64,000 bases of DNA. Origin: Takakia lepidozioides (lineage: Eukaryota; Plantae; Bryophyta). Of the stretch, positions 49,165 to 62,675 are shown piece after piece; positions within the stretch are counted from its first letter, which is position 1, and the number at the start of each line of letters is the position of its first letter. A program made the translations under genes and the position numbers. The stretch is taken from NCBI GenBank assembly GCA_030704615.1, contig CM060732.1:19592001-19656000 (forward strand), read 5' to 3'. Under the pieces are notes generated by a model, which saw only the letters and a list, made by a program, of their open reading frames with translations, was not told the origin of the DNA and searched no databases.

Positions 49165-50588
49165 ATTGAGGTTGAACCTAGAGACCTCTCTTGTTTCTTG
49201 TCAAACAGTACTGGATGTGCTAGTATGTGGTGCTCTCTCTCAACACTATGGCCCTGAAGTCACTGTATAACACTTAAAGAGGAAGAAAAATGGGAGGAAA
49301 GTGAGGAGACACGAGAACATGATCCAGATGATGTGTATACGGCCACTGCATATGACGATGTTGACAAATTGCAGCGGATCGTCGAGCAAGGAGGGTGCTC
49401 CATGTCAGCTCCAGACGTTCGGCGGGTACCTCGCACTTTAATGGTGTGCCCTCAATAATTGCACTGCGGCTGTTCAATATCTTGTTAAGGTCTTCCCACC
49501 CTTGCCGTTTCCCCTTTGCAGCTCTCTGGATTCACCCTCTCTCTCTCACCCACCAGGTAGTCAGTGGTGTCACCCAGCTGATGGCCGCAAGGCTAAAGAC
49601 TAGAGCAAGGAAAGGGGAATCAGTACATTCACGAGGTATATCAACTACGAAAAATATCCCAAACAAGAATCCTTCTGAACAAATTTTGATTGTGTTGCCT
49701 AACCCCAGCCTAAATTCAGACTTGAGAAGATGAACCAAGAGGGAGAAAATCCTTTTCTTCCTGTCTAGGACGTTTAGGAACCTATCTTGTAGTAATAGAT
49801 CCTCGAAAAAGTTGGCTTGCGAGTACCTTTATCATCCAAATGATCTCCCAAAGCCGGAAATGCCTCCCAAGTTGCGGAAGACTCGGTCTTTGTACCAAAA
49901 TGTAGCACTCCATGGGACGACGTAGCACGACTTGGTCTTTGTGGCACAACACAGCAGTACAAATGGACGCCTTGAAGTTCTTCTTCAGGGCAATGTTGCA
50001 AGGCGTCCACCGTCCTTGCATCACTTCTTTGAAGCAAACGTTGTTGCATAGGGGTGAGTTGAACCACCAGGAGCTGTACTGCAACTTTTGCTTGCGTTGT
50101 AGTATACGACAAGATGGTTCATCTCAGCATTTGGTTGTTTTGTATGAAAAGTCCATGGAGGTTGCTGTGAACACACAGGAATGACACATTTTTCTGTGTG
50201 TCCGCAACAACCACCTTGATCTTTAATACCATTAAAGATTATGGTGGCATGCTGGCACCATGCTAGACCATGCTGGCACACATCTTTCGATGATCTTGAC
50301 ACACATGAATCATGATTCATCGAAAGGAAATGAGTGCGTTTAGAAAGCACTGTTTGACCACACTACGCTGCTAATGGCGGCACCAGCATGCACCGGAATG
50401 TGAAGGGGAAGTGCAATGATTGGTTCATCAAACTCGGTCCGAGGGCAGCTACGTCATGAGCCCAGAGGCGTAAGCCTGTGAAGGAAACGAGGTTCTGACC
50501 ATGTCACCAAAGTATATATATGGTGGGTATGCATGAAGTACTAACGGAGGTGACAAAGATGATGGTGGCCACCTGCACAGTGTCAGTA

Positions 50589-50782
50589 CATACGCTGGCA
50601 TTGATTGTAGAGCTGTCACTGTTATTATAGAATCCAAGCAAAGTCATGGTGGTGCACCAGGAATCTGTAAAGCTTTGTTGATGTTCGCCACCAGGCAATT
50701 TTCGAGATTCTTTCCGCACCACCAGCGTTTTGCTTGGATTCTTTAATCGCAGTGACACCTCTACAATCAATGCCAACGTATG
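50589..50782. repeat. Imperfect inverted repeat, 67-bp arms, loop about 60 nt
   Basis: 50589-50655 pairs with 50716-50782 (GGCATTGATTGTAGAG / CTCTACAATCAATGCC; AGAATCCAAGCAAA / TTTGCTTGGATTCT). Confidence 0.9.
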
Positions 50783-51149
50783 TTGTGAGACCTCCACAAC
50801 CAGTGCTGCCAATGAATCGCAGGGTATTGAGTGACACCTCTACATCCAATGGTACCAAGCAGTGCTGGCACTCCAATGCAGCCCAATGTATATTGATGTG
50901 GACGAAGAGAAACTTCACGAACTTCGTGGCATTTCAACTTTCTTCACCAAGTCTTGAGTTATTGTAGTGGAAGACGTCAGACCATGGAGATCCTTTTGTG
51001 CGGTATGATTCTCAAATTCATTTGTAGTTGACAATATGCAGCCGATCTACCCCAATATGTTTCCCTTTCAATACTTCCTTAGTTTCCACATCCCTGTTTA
51101 GGTTGTTTGCGCCTGAATGATATACATTTTCACATGTTTGCACCACTGT

Positions 51150-51288
51150 TGTGCGGGTATATTGTTTTAAACATACCCTCCGGGTCCAGGTAAGAATTAA
51201 TTTATTTTGTCTTACCATCTGGGTCCGGATATACCATATTTTTCAAAATTATATTTACCCTCCGGGTAAGGATATATTACTGCTAGTG
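51150..51288. mobile_element. Orphan CACTA-type right terminus
   Basis: Ends ...GATATATTACTGCTAGTG (reverse complement CACTAGCAG...) with ACCCTCCGGGT subterminal motifs. No matching left end was found. Confidence 0.5.
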
Positions 51289-52739
51289 GAATCTGAAGGG
51301 TATAAATAAATATTAAAAATCCTCATTTATACCCTATGGGTATAAATAAATACCGCGTATAATTAGGTATATTCATTTATATTGTTTATCTAGTTATATA
51401 TTCAAGATACCTATATCAGTGATATACTCAAGAATGCTTGCAATATTGATAAAATAATCCCTACATACCTACATAACACAACTTTAAGAGCTCCAACCCA
51501 ACCACATCACATCTCCTTTTCATATTGTTGCCAAAGGGTTTATGAAGACTGGTGTTGATTCTAAAAGTTCGCACATCCACTTAAATCAGGACATATGTAA
51601 ATAGAATACTTCATCCATATTTATAGATGAAACATGAAAATGCTGTAGTTCATCCGATCAAGTTGGTGCGTGTTTGACAGGTCAAGAGATATATTGTTCA
51701 GTAGTGGTGCAACTTTAGAGTTTCGTCTAGCACGAGACTTTCTAACAGAGGTGCCACCTGGATTAGTGTGTACAATTAGGGATCACTTTACAACCAATTA
51801 CAACAAGGCAGGGCTTGCATGAATTCAATGCGTTTGTTTTCTTTGTGTCGCTTTGCAAGATTGGACTCACGTATGTTAAGGGCGGGAGAATTATGGATGC
51901 TCGACGTGTGTTCAACATAATGTCTTGATGATGTTTGATTACATGGAATATAATTATGGCTATTCCCCTCCAACTCTACAAGGAAAAAGAAGGGGGAAAT
52001 GGCTATTCGCAAGGGGAAATGGCTACTACCGACTAGCAACGCAAGTAATAAGAACCGAGTTCACTACTTCTTATGAGGTTATTATATGTAAGTTGGTTCT
52101 TTCAGCGACAATCTTCCGTCTCCAAGCTAATAAACGAATTGTGCTGCACAATGTGTGATATTGGAGATGGATCTTATATGGATTGGTGAGCAGGGTGCTC
52201 TAAAGGCTGGTAAGCTTGCACAATGAAAAACATGCATGGGGCACATTTGGATATGTTCGTTCATATATGTATTTTGTTGGCCCCTTGATGAAAAGGTTCT
52301 ATTGTACTCATTTGAACTAACATCTACATTCAACATATTGAACAACCTGATTGTAATTTAAATTGATGTTCTCAAGTGCATAACATTGGTGTCGAATTTG
52401 GCATACTAATTGCAAGCTCTAAATTTGACCTTCAAACATGTATCACACCATGGCAACTCCTTGATCTCAACATTGCCCCAACTGGATTATCTCCCTCTCA
52501 GCACAAGGTCCTTTGACAGGAACAACCAATTCAGTCTGTACGAGATAATAAAACAACAATGTAGTGAGTAGACTACCCATGCATACTTAGATAGAATGTA
52601 TGATCATTGCATGGTCATATGCAACACACAAGGTCTAGCATTTCCAATAAATACTAGCACAACTAGCACGACTAACGCAATTCACACGCTTCAACACTTG
52701 AATCCATGCAGCAGACATGCATGTTCGAGTAACATTGTA

Positions 52740-53775
52740 CCTGCTTAAGTCGACGAATACCTGTTGGCTGGATGATCAAAATTATTATGTCAATTTAGGA
52801 GTGAGAAACTTTTGACAAAACGATGCCCTTTGTAGCATAAATAGCTTCACCCAAAAACTTCCACATGCGATTCCCCTTCAACGAGAATGATCCAACTCTT
52901 CACAACCCTTTCCCGTACTGCTAACGAGTGGGGCGGGCAAATAAAACCTTTCTGTTTGGTGTCTGCAAGACCCACCCGCTCCTACATGAAGTTAGCTCCA
53001 GGGTACACTAATATGTCTCTGCCACAAAAAGGAAACTTGTCGTGACTCACCCCACACATGCGTTGATCCCAGCTGAAGTCCTTAAGATGCATGAGACCAT
53101 GCACCCTGCATGATGCAGGTCTTACTTTAGAGAACAATGCAGCTGTGTCTCATTTTACGAATTCCCATAACCTAATAGAGCTAGGCTCTATAGGTGGAAG
53201 GAAACTCTCAAGTATTGTTGTGGGATGTCTTGAAACTACGTATTCAGGTATCCCCAATTCTGGCCAGCTCAAAAACTCTCCTTTAATAAGTTTGGCTTGA
53301 ATAATTTCCAACGGAAGTTGCGGTAGGGTCCGATCATCAAACAACCGTCGTAAGACCTTTGGAGAGGATGTGTTTGCAAGGCTAGAAAATGTTTCATCCA
53401 TCGTCATTGCTTCTGCCTCAGAGCAATCCAATTTCTTTGTTGCTTCAGCTGTATTGTCTTCTTCACACATCAATTCCCACATCAACTGGCACCCCAAGCT
53501 TCCATCTGTATCACGCGTAACCATCTCCTTCCCCAATTCCTGCTCATTCTCTCTCATCTTTTCTTGCCGCAGCCTCTTCACTTCTAGCTCTCGTTGCAAC
53601 TCTCTCTCCCTCTCAGCAGCTGCCTCCTGCTCGCTTTCCGATTCTGCCTCCATCTTCAAGACGTCGTCGATTTCTCAACGTATCGAGCTACTTCCTCTCT
53701 CAGATTGTGCTCCTCAGCTTCCAATTCCCTCTCAAATCGAGCTTATTGTTTCTCTTCTGCCTTCACCACAGGGTA
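52740..53775 (-). pseudogene. Decayed coding region with a Glu/Arg-rich coiled coil; family unknown
   Basis: ORF 53150-53659, and the frame appears to continue through isolated stops on both sides. Confidence 0.4.
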
Positions 53776-53849
53776 ATTGAGCCATAAGTGTGCACCAAGC
53801 ACAACCACAACATAAGGAAAATCATTATACAGGTCATGAGTTCTCCACC

Positions 53850-54075
53850 GTACAGATAGATATCACGCTTACATATATAGATATATACCAGGCATAAATA
53901 TCAGGCATACATAGATATCTAGATACATATCACGCATGTATGTCATGGATATCTTCATAGATATCACGATATCTCCAAAGATATCATGTGATATCTTCGT
54001 AGATATCTAGATAGATTTCACGCAAACATATCATTCATAGATATCTAAGTAGATATCACGCATCTGTAAGTATAG
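53850..54075. repeat. Low-complexity cluster of (T)AGATATC motifs
   Basis: About a dozen GATATC/AGATAT motifs in about 220 bp. Confidence 0.7.
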
Positions 54076-54139
54076 ATCAATGAGATTTCGATTGCATAAT
54101 AATCATTACTATGTATTTATCATGACAAGAACACACTCT

Positions 54140-55024
54140 AAGAGTCCTTGTGGGACTCTTTTAACGGTTAGGTATCGCACATAAACAATCCCCCAAGGAC
54201 TCTTCGAACTGTTACATGTTCAAAGACATCTACAGGGGGACTGTTTATGTGCGATATCGCGTAGAAAGATTCTTTTTTCTCTCCATGGATGTAAGAGTTT
54301 CCCAAGATTTTATTTTATTTTATTTTTTCTGGGGCACAAGAGAATAGATTGAAATGGAATTGCTTTGGTGCATTTCCTATTCCTTACATCTGTCTGAAGA
54401 GTCCTTGGGGGACTCTTTGAGTCGTTAGGAATGACATATGGGGGGAGCATGTGCAATGGTATGGTATATCCTAACAGTCATCATATTGTATTCAAAGTTG
54501 AAATTAAAACCAAATTGAGGGCAACATACAAAAGGTAAAAAAAAATTGCAACCACACATGCCCATGCAAACTAATTTGTATTGCTCATAAATTAGTGAAG
54601 GTCTTTGTAAGGCAGGATTGTAACAAATGGGAGAAAAGCTTGATGCCATGACAAAAACTGAAGAAATCCTGCATATTGTACCTTGTATGCTGATCAATCG
54701 GGGAGAAAGAGTCCCCCAAGGACTCTTCGAACCGTTAGGTAACAAAGAGTCGGGCAGAAAGAGTCCTTGTGGGACTCTTTTAACGGTTAGGTATCGCACA
54801 TAAACAGTCCCCCAATGACTCTTCGAACTCTTACGTGTTCGAAGAGTAACAGTTCGAAGAGTCCTTGGGGGACTGTTTATGTGCGATGTCGCGCAGAAAG
54901 ATTCCTTTTTTCTCTCCATGGATGTAAGAGTTCCCCATGACTCTCTTCTTTTTCTGGGGCACAAGAGAATAGATTGAAATGGAATTGCTTTGGTGCATTT
55001 CCTATTCCTTACATCTGTCTGAAG
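54140..55024. repeat. Left repeat block of AAGAGTCC-N5-GGACTCTT hairpins; 54140-54399 is duplicated at 54759-55024
   Basis: Direct sequence comparison. Confidence 0.9.
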
Positions 55025-56061
55025 CATTGCACATTATTCTACTTCTGGCAATATGCCTCGAGTGGTATTGCCCTTACAAGATTTTAATAGTTGGATTCAT
55101 ATCTTTATCTTCATGTGCTTGGCATTTTGTGGATTTTTAGTTGTGATTGAACCAAAAGTTACATGCACACATGCAAGAAGGTATGGATGGAGTCATCTTA
55201 TCCAATCTAATGATTCGAGGTATCCTCTTGATGAGTCCAGATAACACTGGTTTACTCTAAGAAATTTGCAAACATTTAGAGAGGAGGAAATCAGCTCCCT
55301 TCAGCTGAATGAACTTGGTTAAATGTGCTGCATTTAACACCTCATGTTGGCCTAGCTCATGTCCAGACTATGCGTCACCGGGGCAGGCCTAGGGAAATTG
55401 CAACTGCAAGTCCAGACATGCACCTAGAAACGGTGTACAGGGAAAAGGAAGTTATTTCTGCATGGTGGATGAGTATCACCCATTTGCATCACCAACAACA
55501 GGCCCAGACTTTGGGTTTCTCTGAAGCAATAATGAGGTACATCCAAGAAAGGGTCATAAGCTTACCTTGACTAGATTATATTGACCAAGGATCTTTTCTT
55601 CCCAAGCACACAAAGTAGCTATGGCTTCTTCAAGACTAGCTGTACTACCACCTGGGCCTTTCCCTGTGCTACCCCCATTTGCCCTGCATTAAAGAGTCCG
55701 AGCCTGTTGTAAGGTCGTAAATTCTGGTGATTTTTTGCAGCTATCTTTGATTGCATGTAGACTGCTCAGGTTGACGGTGAGATGAAAAGAAACATCCTCT
55801 ACCCGAAAACAAAGGAAATAAGGAAAGTTTCTAGTTTGTGTAGAAAAGGAGAAGTCAAAATGGGATCTTCTAAAAAGAGAAATATGAGAAAGTTTACCCG
55901 AAATATGACCAAACAAGTTGGTATTTGTTAGAGAGTTCGGGTCGGTGAGCATGTCTTGATGATTTGCTTATGTCAAAGATGTAAGACGAACTGCACCACA
56001 AATGCAGCTGTCACCAAGGTCTGTGCTCTTGAAAGTAAATTTGGTGGTCTCTATCTTGCAG

Positions 56062-56114
56062 GGACTGAAGCCTTGTTTGCTGATTTAGGCCACTTCTCTG
56101 TTCAATCCATTCAG
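56062..56114 (+). pseudogene. Isolated exon of a HAK/KUP/KT potassium transporter
   Basis: TTGCAG|...|GTAATT exon encoding (G)TEALFADLGHFSVQSIQ, the family signature. No other HAK exons were seen. Confidence 0.85.
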
Positions 56115-58061
56115 GTAATTGCCCTCAGCTAAATCTCTGCTTGACACAATTTCTTGAATGGCTCCACATGCTTTTGAGACGTCTTTTTGCCTTTCTTTGG
56201 GCATACAACACCTCTGCACCTGATCGTCGGGAACATGCATTCTTTTGAGCCAGTAAAAACTGCAATTTTGATTTATGTGAAGGGACCACTACCGGGTTAA
56301 TTGAAGTAACAATAACAACACAAACTGACACAAATGCACATATCCTTCTCATCCACAGCGGTGTCCGTTCATGCGAAAAAAACATCTGCAAACAACACAT
56401 TACAGTGAGGTCATGAGAGCCCCTTTACATTGGCAGTTGGAAGGGCTTGATGCAAGGATTTTGCTTTCAAGTGGGACAGATTATATACAATTGCAATTAC
56501 TTGGCATCCCAATCACTGTACTAGCAATGTATAATATACAATTAGTACCAGCTATTAAACACTTACATTTGTCCCTTCCATCAGGATTATAAGGAGCATG
56601 TGACGTGGCAGCAAAGAAACCCAACGTTCCAGCAGTAATTACTCCAGAAATGCCTGAGAGATTGAAGGAATGGCCATATTTCTGCGTAGCAAAAATCCTC
56701 CACCCATCTCAGAAGCACTTTTGTGTGGAGGAAATTTCCAAGAGTAACGTACCAGATTTCTGATTGATAGACTGAGCAAACAGATAGAGCACATCACACA
56801 AGGGGGACTCATGCATATGACAGGCAAATCTGATCCTGGAAGGCTTCATTGTCCCTGATGTATATTAGATATGGTACCCAGTGTGGAGTTGTGGTTATAA
56901 CAGACCTCATCAAAAAAGTGAGAAATAGGTCGTGCAAGTTCGTCCCGACATGTATTCACCAAAGCAATGGTGGTGCCCCTGTTGTTTTCCAATCTCAAGG
57001 TCAATAAACTTTGACGAAACAAAAACCTCACAGCTACATCCCAGTTCAGATAATATAACACCACCACTTCGACCTCAAGACTCGGAATTTGGTGCCTGTA
57101 AAATGTGAACTATGCATACTCAAATTCATATAGATGTGTGGTCTCTGTACCTTGTGAAACCCAGCTCCTTGAGCGCGTCATATGCGGCGCTGAAGAAGTT
57201 GCTGTCAACAAAGGCTAACGAGAAATACTTTGAGATCGTCTTCAAGGCCTCGGGAGAAGCCTGACGAGGATCCACTTGGGCCATTGTAACTCTTGGCTAG
57301 CTGCACTTCCAACCAGATTCAATAGTTTAAATAGGGAATTCCTGAAGAGAAAGAGACAAACAGTATGAATAGTTGCTCCTCTGCCTCAATCTGAATAGCA
57401 CAGAACAATGCAACGCAATGCATCCTAGCTTTGGGTTCTGTCTACATACTTCTGCAACCTCTGGCAGATCCAGGTGGAAATAGTTTCAACGGAATAGTCA
57501 GGGTTTGTGCTATCTCATAGGGGATTGCAATCTCTTCCACTTTTATGAAGGGATCACTTGTGATGATAGCCCGTGCAACATACTTACCACTTCCACCCAG
57601 AATGTTGTGGATAAGGGACGTAGTAGAAATACCTTGACCGGCTCGACTGATATGAGTATCAAGTGTTCACAAGATGGTTTCCAGACAAATAGGAAACGAG
57701 TGCAAGGGAAACCTGGAGAGGCCTTGATGTAACCAAGGAGTCGAAACTATCTGTCGACACTAAAAGGGGGAAAGGGAACAGGAAAAACATGCTTCGGAAA
57801 GGCAGCAATACCTTCTCCTAGCCATCGCTATCAAGGTCAGCAGCTGCCACACCAATGGATTTACTTTCAAGATCACGTAAGGGACTTCCAATGTCAATAT
57901 TTACCAATTCCTTGCCTGTCCACTGCAATCATCATCACCCTTGCATCAGCCAACACACTGTCTCATTCCAAGCTACATATTACACACTACCACTTTTGAA
58001 AACCTCATGGCAAATTGATCCACACAGACCACCTGGAATGTACTTACAGTGCTCACATATG

Positions 58062-60491
58062 TCATGCGGGTTGTATTAAGCGTTGAATTGCATAATCCGC
58101 GGCATGTAGTGCAACTTTCATAATTTGGGATTTATCTCCTTCGCCGCACTCCAAAAATAATTTGGACAATGCCAAACAGTCTTCAACATGTTCAGTGGAG
58201 ATGAAATCCATGGCTAGTTTCATAGATGCCAGCACATAACAAATTTCCGAGCAAAAACAATGGAAGCCACACATATTAGTGTGCGTATGCTTTTGGCATC
58301 TCTATAGATAATCATATATACATTTCCGCATCATACCTACTTTAAAGAATCATGTATTTGTCTTTCACTTGAATATACACAACACTGATATCATGGGATT
58401 GTAATCCATACTGACAAGTTTTGAACTTGATGCGGACAACCTGCTGGGAGAAGTACTGCTTCGCCCATTTTTTGAACGTGCTCCCATGGCTTCAAACCTG
58501 TATGTATTAGAAAAATGTATTGGTGACATCTACAAACGCGTATCATAATAACACACAGACCTTAATATTCATTTGCAAAAATGGTACATGCATAAGGAAG
58601 AGGTGTACTTGTTTCTTCCTGCAAAAGTTTCAACATGGATTTTTTTCAAGTAGAACTGGAAAGATAACACTGGAGGTTTACTAAATGGCTTTGGATTGTC
58701 GCCCTTTCGAATACCCAATAATTTTCTCTTGTGTTTATTCAAGAAGTCGTTCAAAGTGTCGACTGTGTTGGCAGGGAATATATGCCACAACGCTCCAGTT
58801 TCGGAAGGAACAATTGTTGTTGGAGTATGTACCATGATGTTAATCTGAAAGACAAACTTATATGAGTATAGTGAAGCAAATGAGCTAACTACTATAAGCA
58901 ACTTTAGGAATATAATCAAAGAACTAGAACTAGAAAGATTGTAAAGCACGGGGGTGATGAGCTCCTAATAGTACATACCGCATCGGAAAAGTCCATGTGG
59001 AGACATGTAATTGAATCACCATCTCCCTTCTCTTTTTGTTGTCCATATGCAATGTAGGCCTTTGGTCCCATGTCGGTTTTTTTAAGGCTACTAGGGAAAT
59101 ATGTAGTTAGGTTTAGAATCCCTTCCGGATGGGTATACTTTGAAATTGGTAAAAGATCTACAAATTCTCTATAATGAATGGGAAACACTTCTTCGAAACT
59201 GTTGTTAGAAGGCCAATCTTTTAGTTTTAATAATTCCTTCGGGATCTTCGAATCATATCCATCAATAAATGCTCCTAAAGTTAACTCTCGACTTGACTCC
59301 CAAGTAGAACATCTAATGATTGTAGGATTAATAGAGGTAGTATGTACATTAACCCTTTTCATACAAGTTCTCATTCCTCCGGGACTCCAATCTACCTTAG
59401 ATGAAATAGATACATCATTTATTACCACAGGTTCTTTCAAACGCCAATGGAGTAAGAAATGCTTCAATTCCGACTCTACACTATTTAATCTAGAAGATGT
59501 GGTAGTATATGACATTTGTTCACTCAAACACCCCTCCGAAATTGAACACATAGACATAGACATCTCGTGACCATACAAATTCTTGTGGTAATGGTCCTTT
59601 GAGATATTTTGTAGATACGACACTTTGTTAGGTTCAAAAAATGTCTTCATTACTGCATGTTCGCTGGTGTTTATACTACAACTATGCTTTAAGACCCCAC
59701 CATCATCAATTGACCACTCTTCATGGATCTTATTTTCATCTTTTAGCTGTAAATAACATGTCAAACATACTGCTTTATTTGGTTGTTTACGACATTGGAT
59801 GTGGAAGTCTATTAAAGAGGCTTCGCACATATCACTGCATAACAAAACAAAGAAAACAAGTGTTAGATTCAAACAAACCAACAAACGAAAGACATTGACT
59901 CAACGTATTATTGTGTAGACATACCATATGTACATGTAGTCTCCATCCAAAATTGCCATTTCCGGAGTATAGTGGCTATCACCTGCGCCCACAACAATTT
60001 AATTCATGATTGTTAAATCATCCCTACCATATGATCAATAGGAGAACCAAGATTTTCTTGAAATCCAAAGATCTACATATGAAGCAAATCATGTCATCTA
60101 TTTTTATGACAACAGAAGACTTACCAATTCTTGACCGTTCAATAGACAATACTTCTTGTTGCAATGCATGTAGTTCTTGGATTGGCTTGTACAATCTCAA
60201 CAAAATCTCCGACCAATGGAGTCGATTCTCTGCTTCTGTCAAACGCTTGGAAATTTCTTCTTGCTGGTTTCTCAAAGCCTTCAAGTTCTCTTCCAATTGT
60301 GGAATGAATGGTAAAGAATTTGAAGACTCGCTAGCATGAGATAAAGGTTGCACGATGGTAGCATGTCCTTCAATACACAAAACAACCTCCAAACATGAAG
60401 CTGGATTTGCTTCGGATACCCATACTCCAGGCAATGGTATTGTTTTGTTTCTTTTGTTGTAGCCATAATTGCACATCAACGTTCCACACAA
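58062..60491 (-). CDS. KDM3/JHDM2-family (IBM1/JMJ25-like) JmjC H3K9 demethylase; compact, with two apparent lesions (possibly a recent pseudogene)
   Basis: Exons ...-60125, 59982-59925, 59834-58979, 58844-about 58609, 58497-58412 and about 58230-58062. Motifs: [56 protein letters not shown]|[32 protein letters not shown]. One extra base in the T7 run at 58640-58646, and the last acceptor reads TG instead of AG. Confidence 0.9.
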
Positions 60492-61346
60492 TCACAGAAA
60501 CATAAGCAAACATTTCAATAGAATGATCGTCAAACAGACTTAACATAATGAAAACAAATAATATATAGCAAGCGTCCTTCCATCATCATATATGTTTGTG
60601 TTATATGAAATCATAACATACCTTGCAAATTCACATTTCTGTTTGCGTCTTGAAGAACTGAGTGTGCCATCAAAGAGTACTAAGGCCCCTGCCTCAGGTT
60701 TCATCAGAAACATACTATCAGGCAACGGCCTTGCGGTATGATGTGACATCTGATGGCGATCATAGTCACGTTTCAATTGTGGTTTCTTTAGCGGTCTGCT
60801 TTTATTGGTTTTCATGGATACAGGTCGGGTGCTACATTTCCAACATCGAAACATGAGAAGACGTGGATATTCAATGGGTACATTATGATTGCTATAATCC
60901 ACACTCTTCTGCAGATCTTCCATATCACTCGCGAATTTTTCTTTAGTATAGTAGAAACACTCATCTATTCCATTGATTTGAATCGTCCTCCTGTAGACAT
61001 AAATTGCTCCTACTTTGCTGCCCATGTACATGTGCACCACATTTATATGTACATTAGTTGTTTGAATGTAAATTTTTGCTCAACTCACAATTCAAGACAT
61101 TCTCAATGATCTAAAGTTTAATCCACAAGTCTTGACCCTACTGGATAAATCTGTTCTCTCACCCAAGAGACGGTCTCCTCAATTATATCAAGGGAATTGT
61201 GTTTGTACCTCTCTTTACCAACTTTTAAAGTATGGAGACTGAGCCAAAAGCCCAGGTCCTTTTGGGGCCTACTTATTGGGCATACCACACATACATGCTT
61301 ATGTGAAGGATTTCTAGAGGATGTCCAGAAAACTCGGAGCAATAGC

Positions 61347-61483
61347 TTATTTCAAGGTAAGTCTTACTACCGGCGTCAGCCCCTAACAAAGGTCGGTTCT
61401 GTCTCTTTGTGTTATGTTCAAACATGCTGGGTCAATGGCCACAAGGCTATGACAAACAACGTATTATGAGTACATTCTCTCTC
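61347..61483. repeat. Copy of the dispersed repeat found at 18737-19008 (opposite orientation)
   Basis: TTCAAGGTAAGTCTTACTACCGGCGTCAGCCCCT...GAGTACATTCTCTC. Confidence 0.85.
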
Positions 61484-62539
61484 ACTCATTTTGTTGAGGG
61501 CAGATTGATTGAGGCAGACCCCAAGGGCAGTTTCCGGATGCTCTAGGAGGACCCTGGTGGGCAACCTCTGCAACCGCCATCGTTGATTACTGTCCCAAGG
61601 GGCTGTATCCTTTGGGGCATGTTGTAGGACCAACATATGAAACCGAACAAAAAAATCCTAACCTGCTGTTGTTGATATTGTTGTCGTCGGCCATAACTCT
61701 TGTCGCCTCCTCACTCAAGGACACCTCAATGCAGGGATGTTGTTGTAGCCTTCAAACCTTCACGACAATGCCAGTTCAACTTTTGCATGAGGATGCTAAA
61801 CCCCAAAACAACTATTCACCAATTTCTTAGCCAACTAGACTGAAATTTGTCGGAGAGCCTACCTTTGAGCAATAAACAGATGCAGAGAGCAAATGGAGAT
61901 ACAACTAGCAAAATAACTGCCGGAGTGAACCCCTCACAGAGTGATTTGTCTCTTACAGCGACCAAAAGAAGGTTCCAGAGAGGGAAAGCAAGCAAAGATA
62001 AATTACTCTATGTAGTTGAAACCAAAGTATAATAAGAACAAAAGAAAACACTCAAGTGAAGAGAGAGAGATATTGTACCACTATAGTACAATTTCAGGAA
62101 GGGTAGGCACTCACCAACCTGCTAGCCAAAGACTACACTCTGCGAATTAATGTGACTAACCAATACACTCTGAAATTTAACATACAACCAACATACAGTA
62201 AAATGAAAACTTGGAGCTAAATTTGAGTTTGGAGTCTTGACAACGTCGATGAAGCAGGTTTTCTTGACAACGATGATGAAGCAGGTGGGCCCTGACGATG
62301 TCGTTGAAGATATTGTCTACTTATGGCGAGCCTAAAATGACACAACTAAAATGACACATAATGTTGAGTTGAACACTTACAAGGAAGAGAAGGCGAGCGA
62401 ACAAGTGATGCGCAGTGTCAATGCAGTGTCAAAGCAGAGTAATTCAGTATCCCAGGTAAGCTTTGCCCTGAGCACGTCGATGAAGCACCCGAAGCACCAA
62501 AGTCGCAAGCCAACAACATTTCGATGCTACTAAGAAGAG

Positions 62540-62612
62540 TGGCTATTCCGAGGGGGAAATGGCTATTCCCAGGGGGAAATGGCTAAATGGAGGGAGATTT
62601 GCTATTCCCCCA
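62540..62612. repeat. GGGGGAAATGGCTATTC tandem motif, also at about 51957-52028
   Basis: Direct observation. Confidence 0.7.
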
Positions 62613-62675
62613 ATTTCTCGCGCAAGGGCAGAGAGACAAAAGTGAATATGTGTATCACATGCGGTTCGCGCGGCG

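Noticed and set aside
49774-50350. Minus-strand ORFs, with a related stretch of about 65 bp at 63059-63125
   Set aside because: No family was recognised in any frame, so no coding call can be supported.
60540-61040. Upstream exon of the JmjC gene
   Set aside because: It has a plausible donor near 60620, but I found no recognisable KDM3 motif or clear in-phase acceptor, so it was left out of the gene model.
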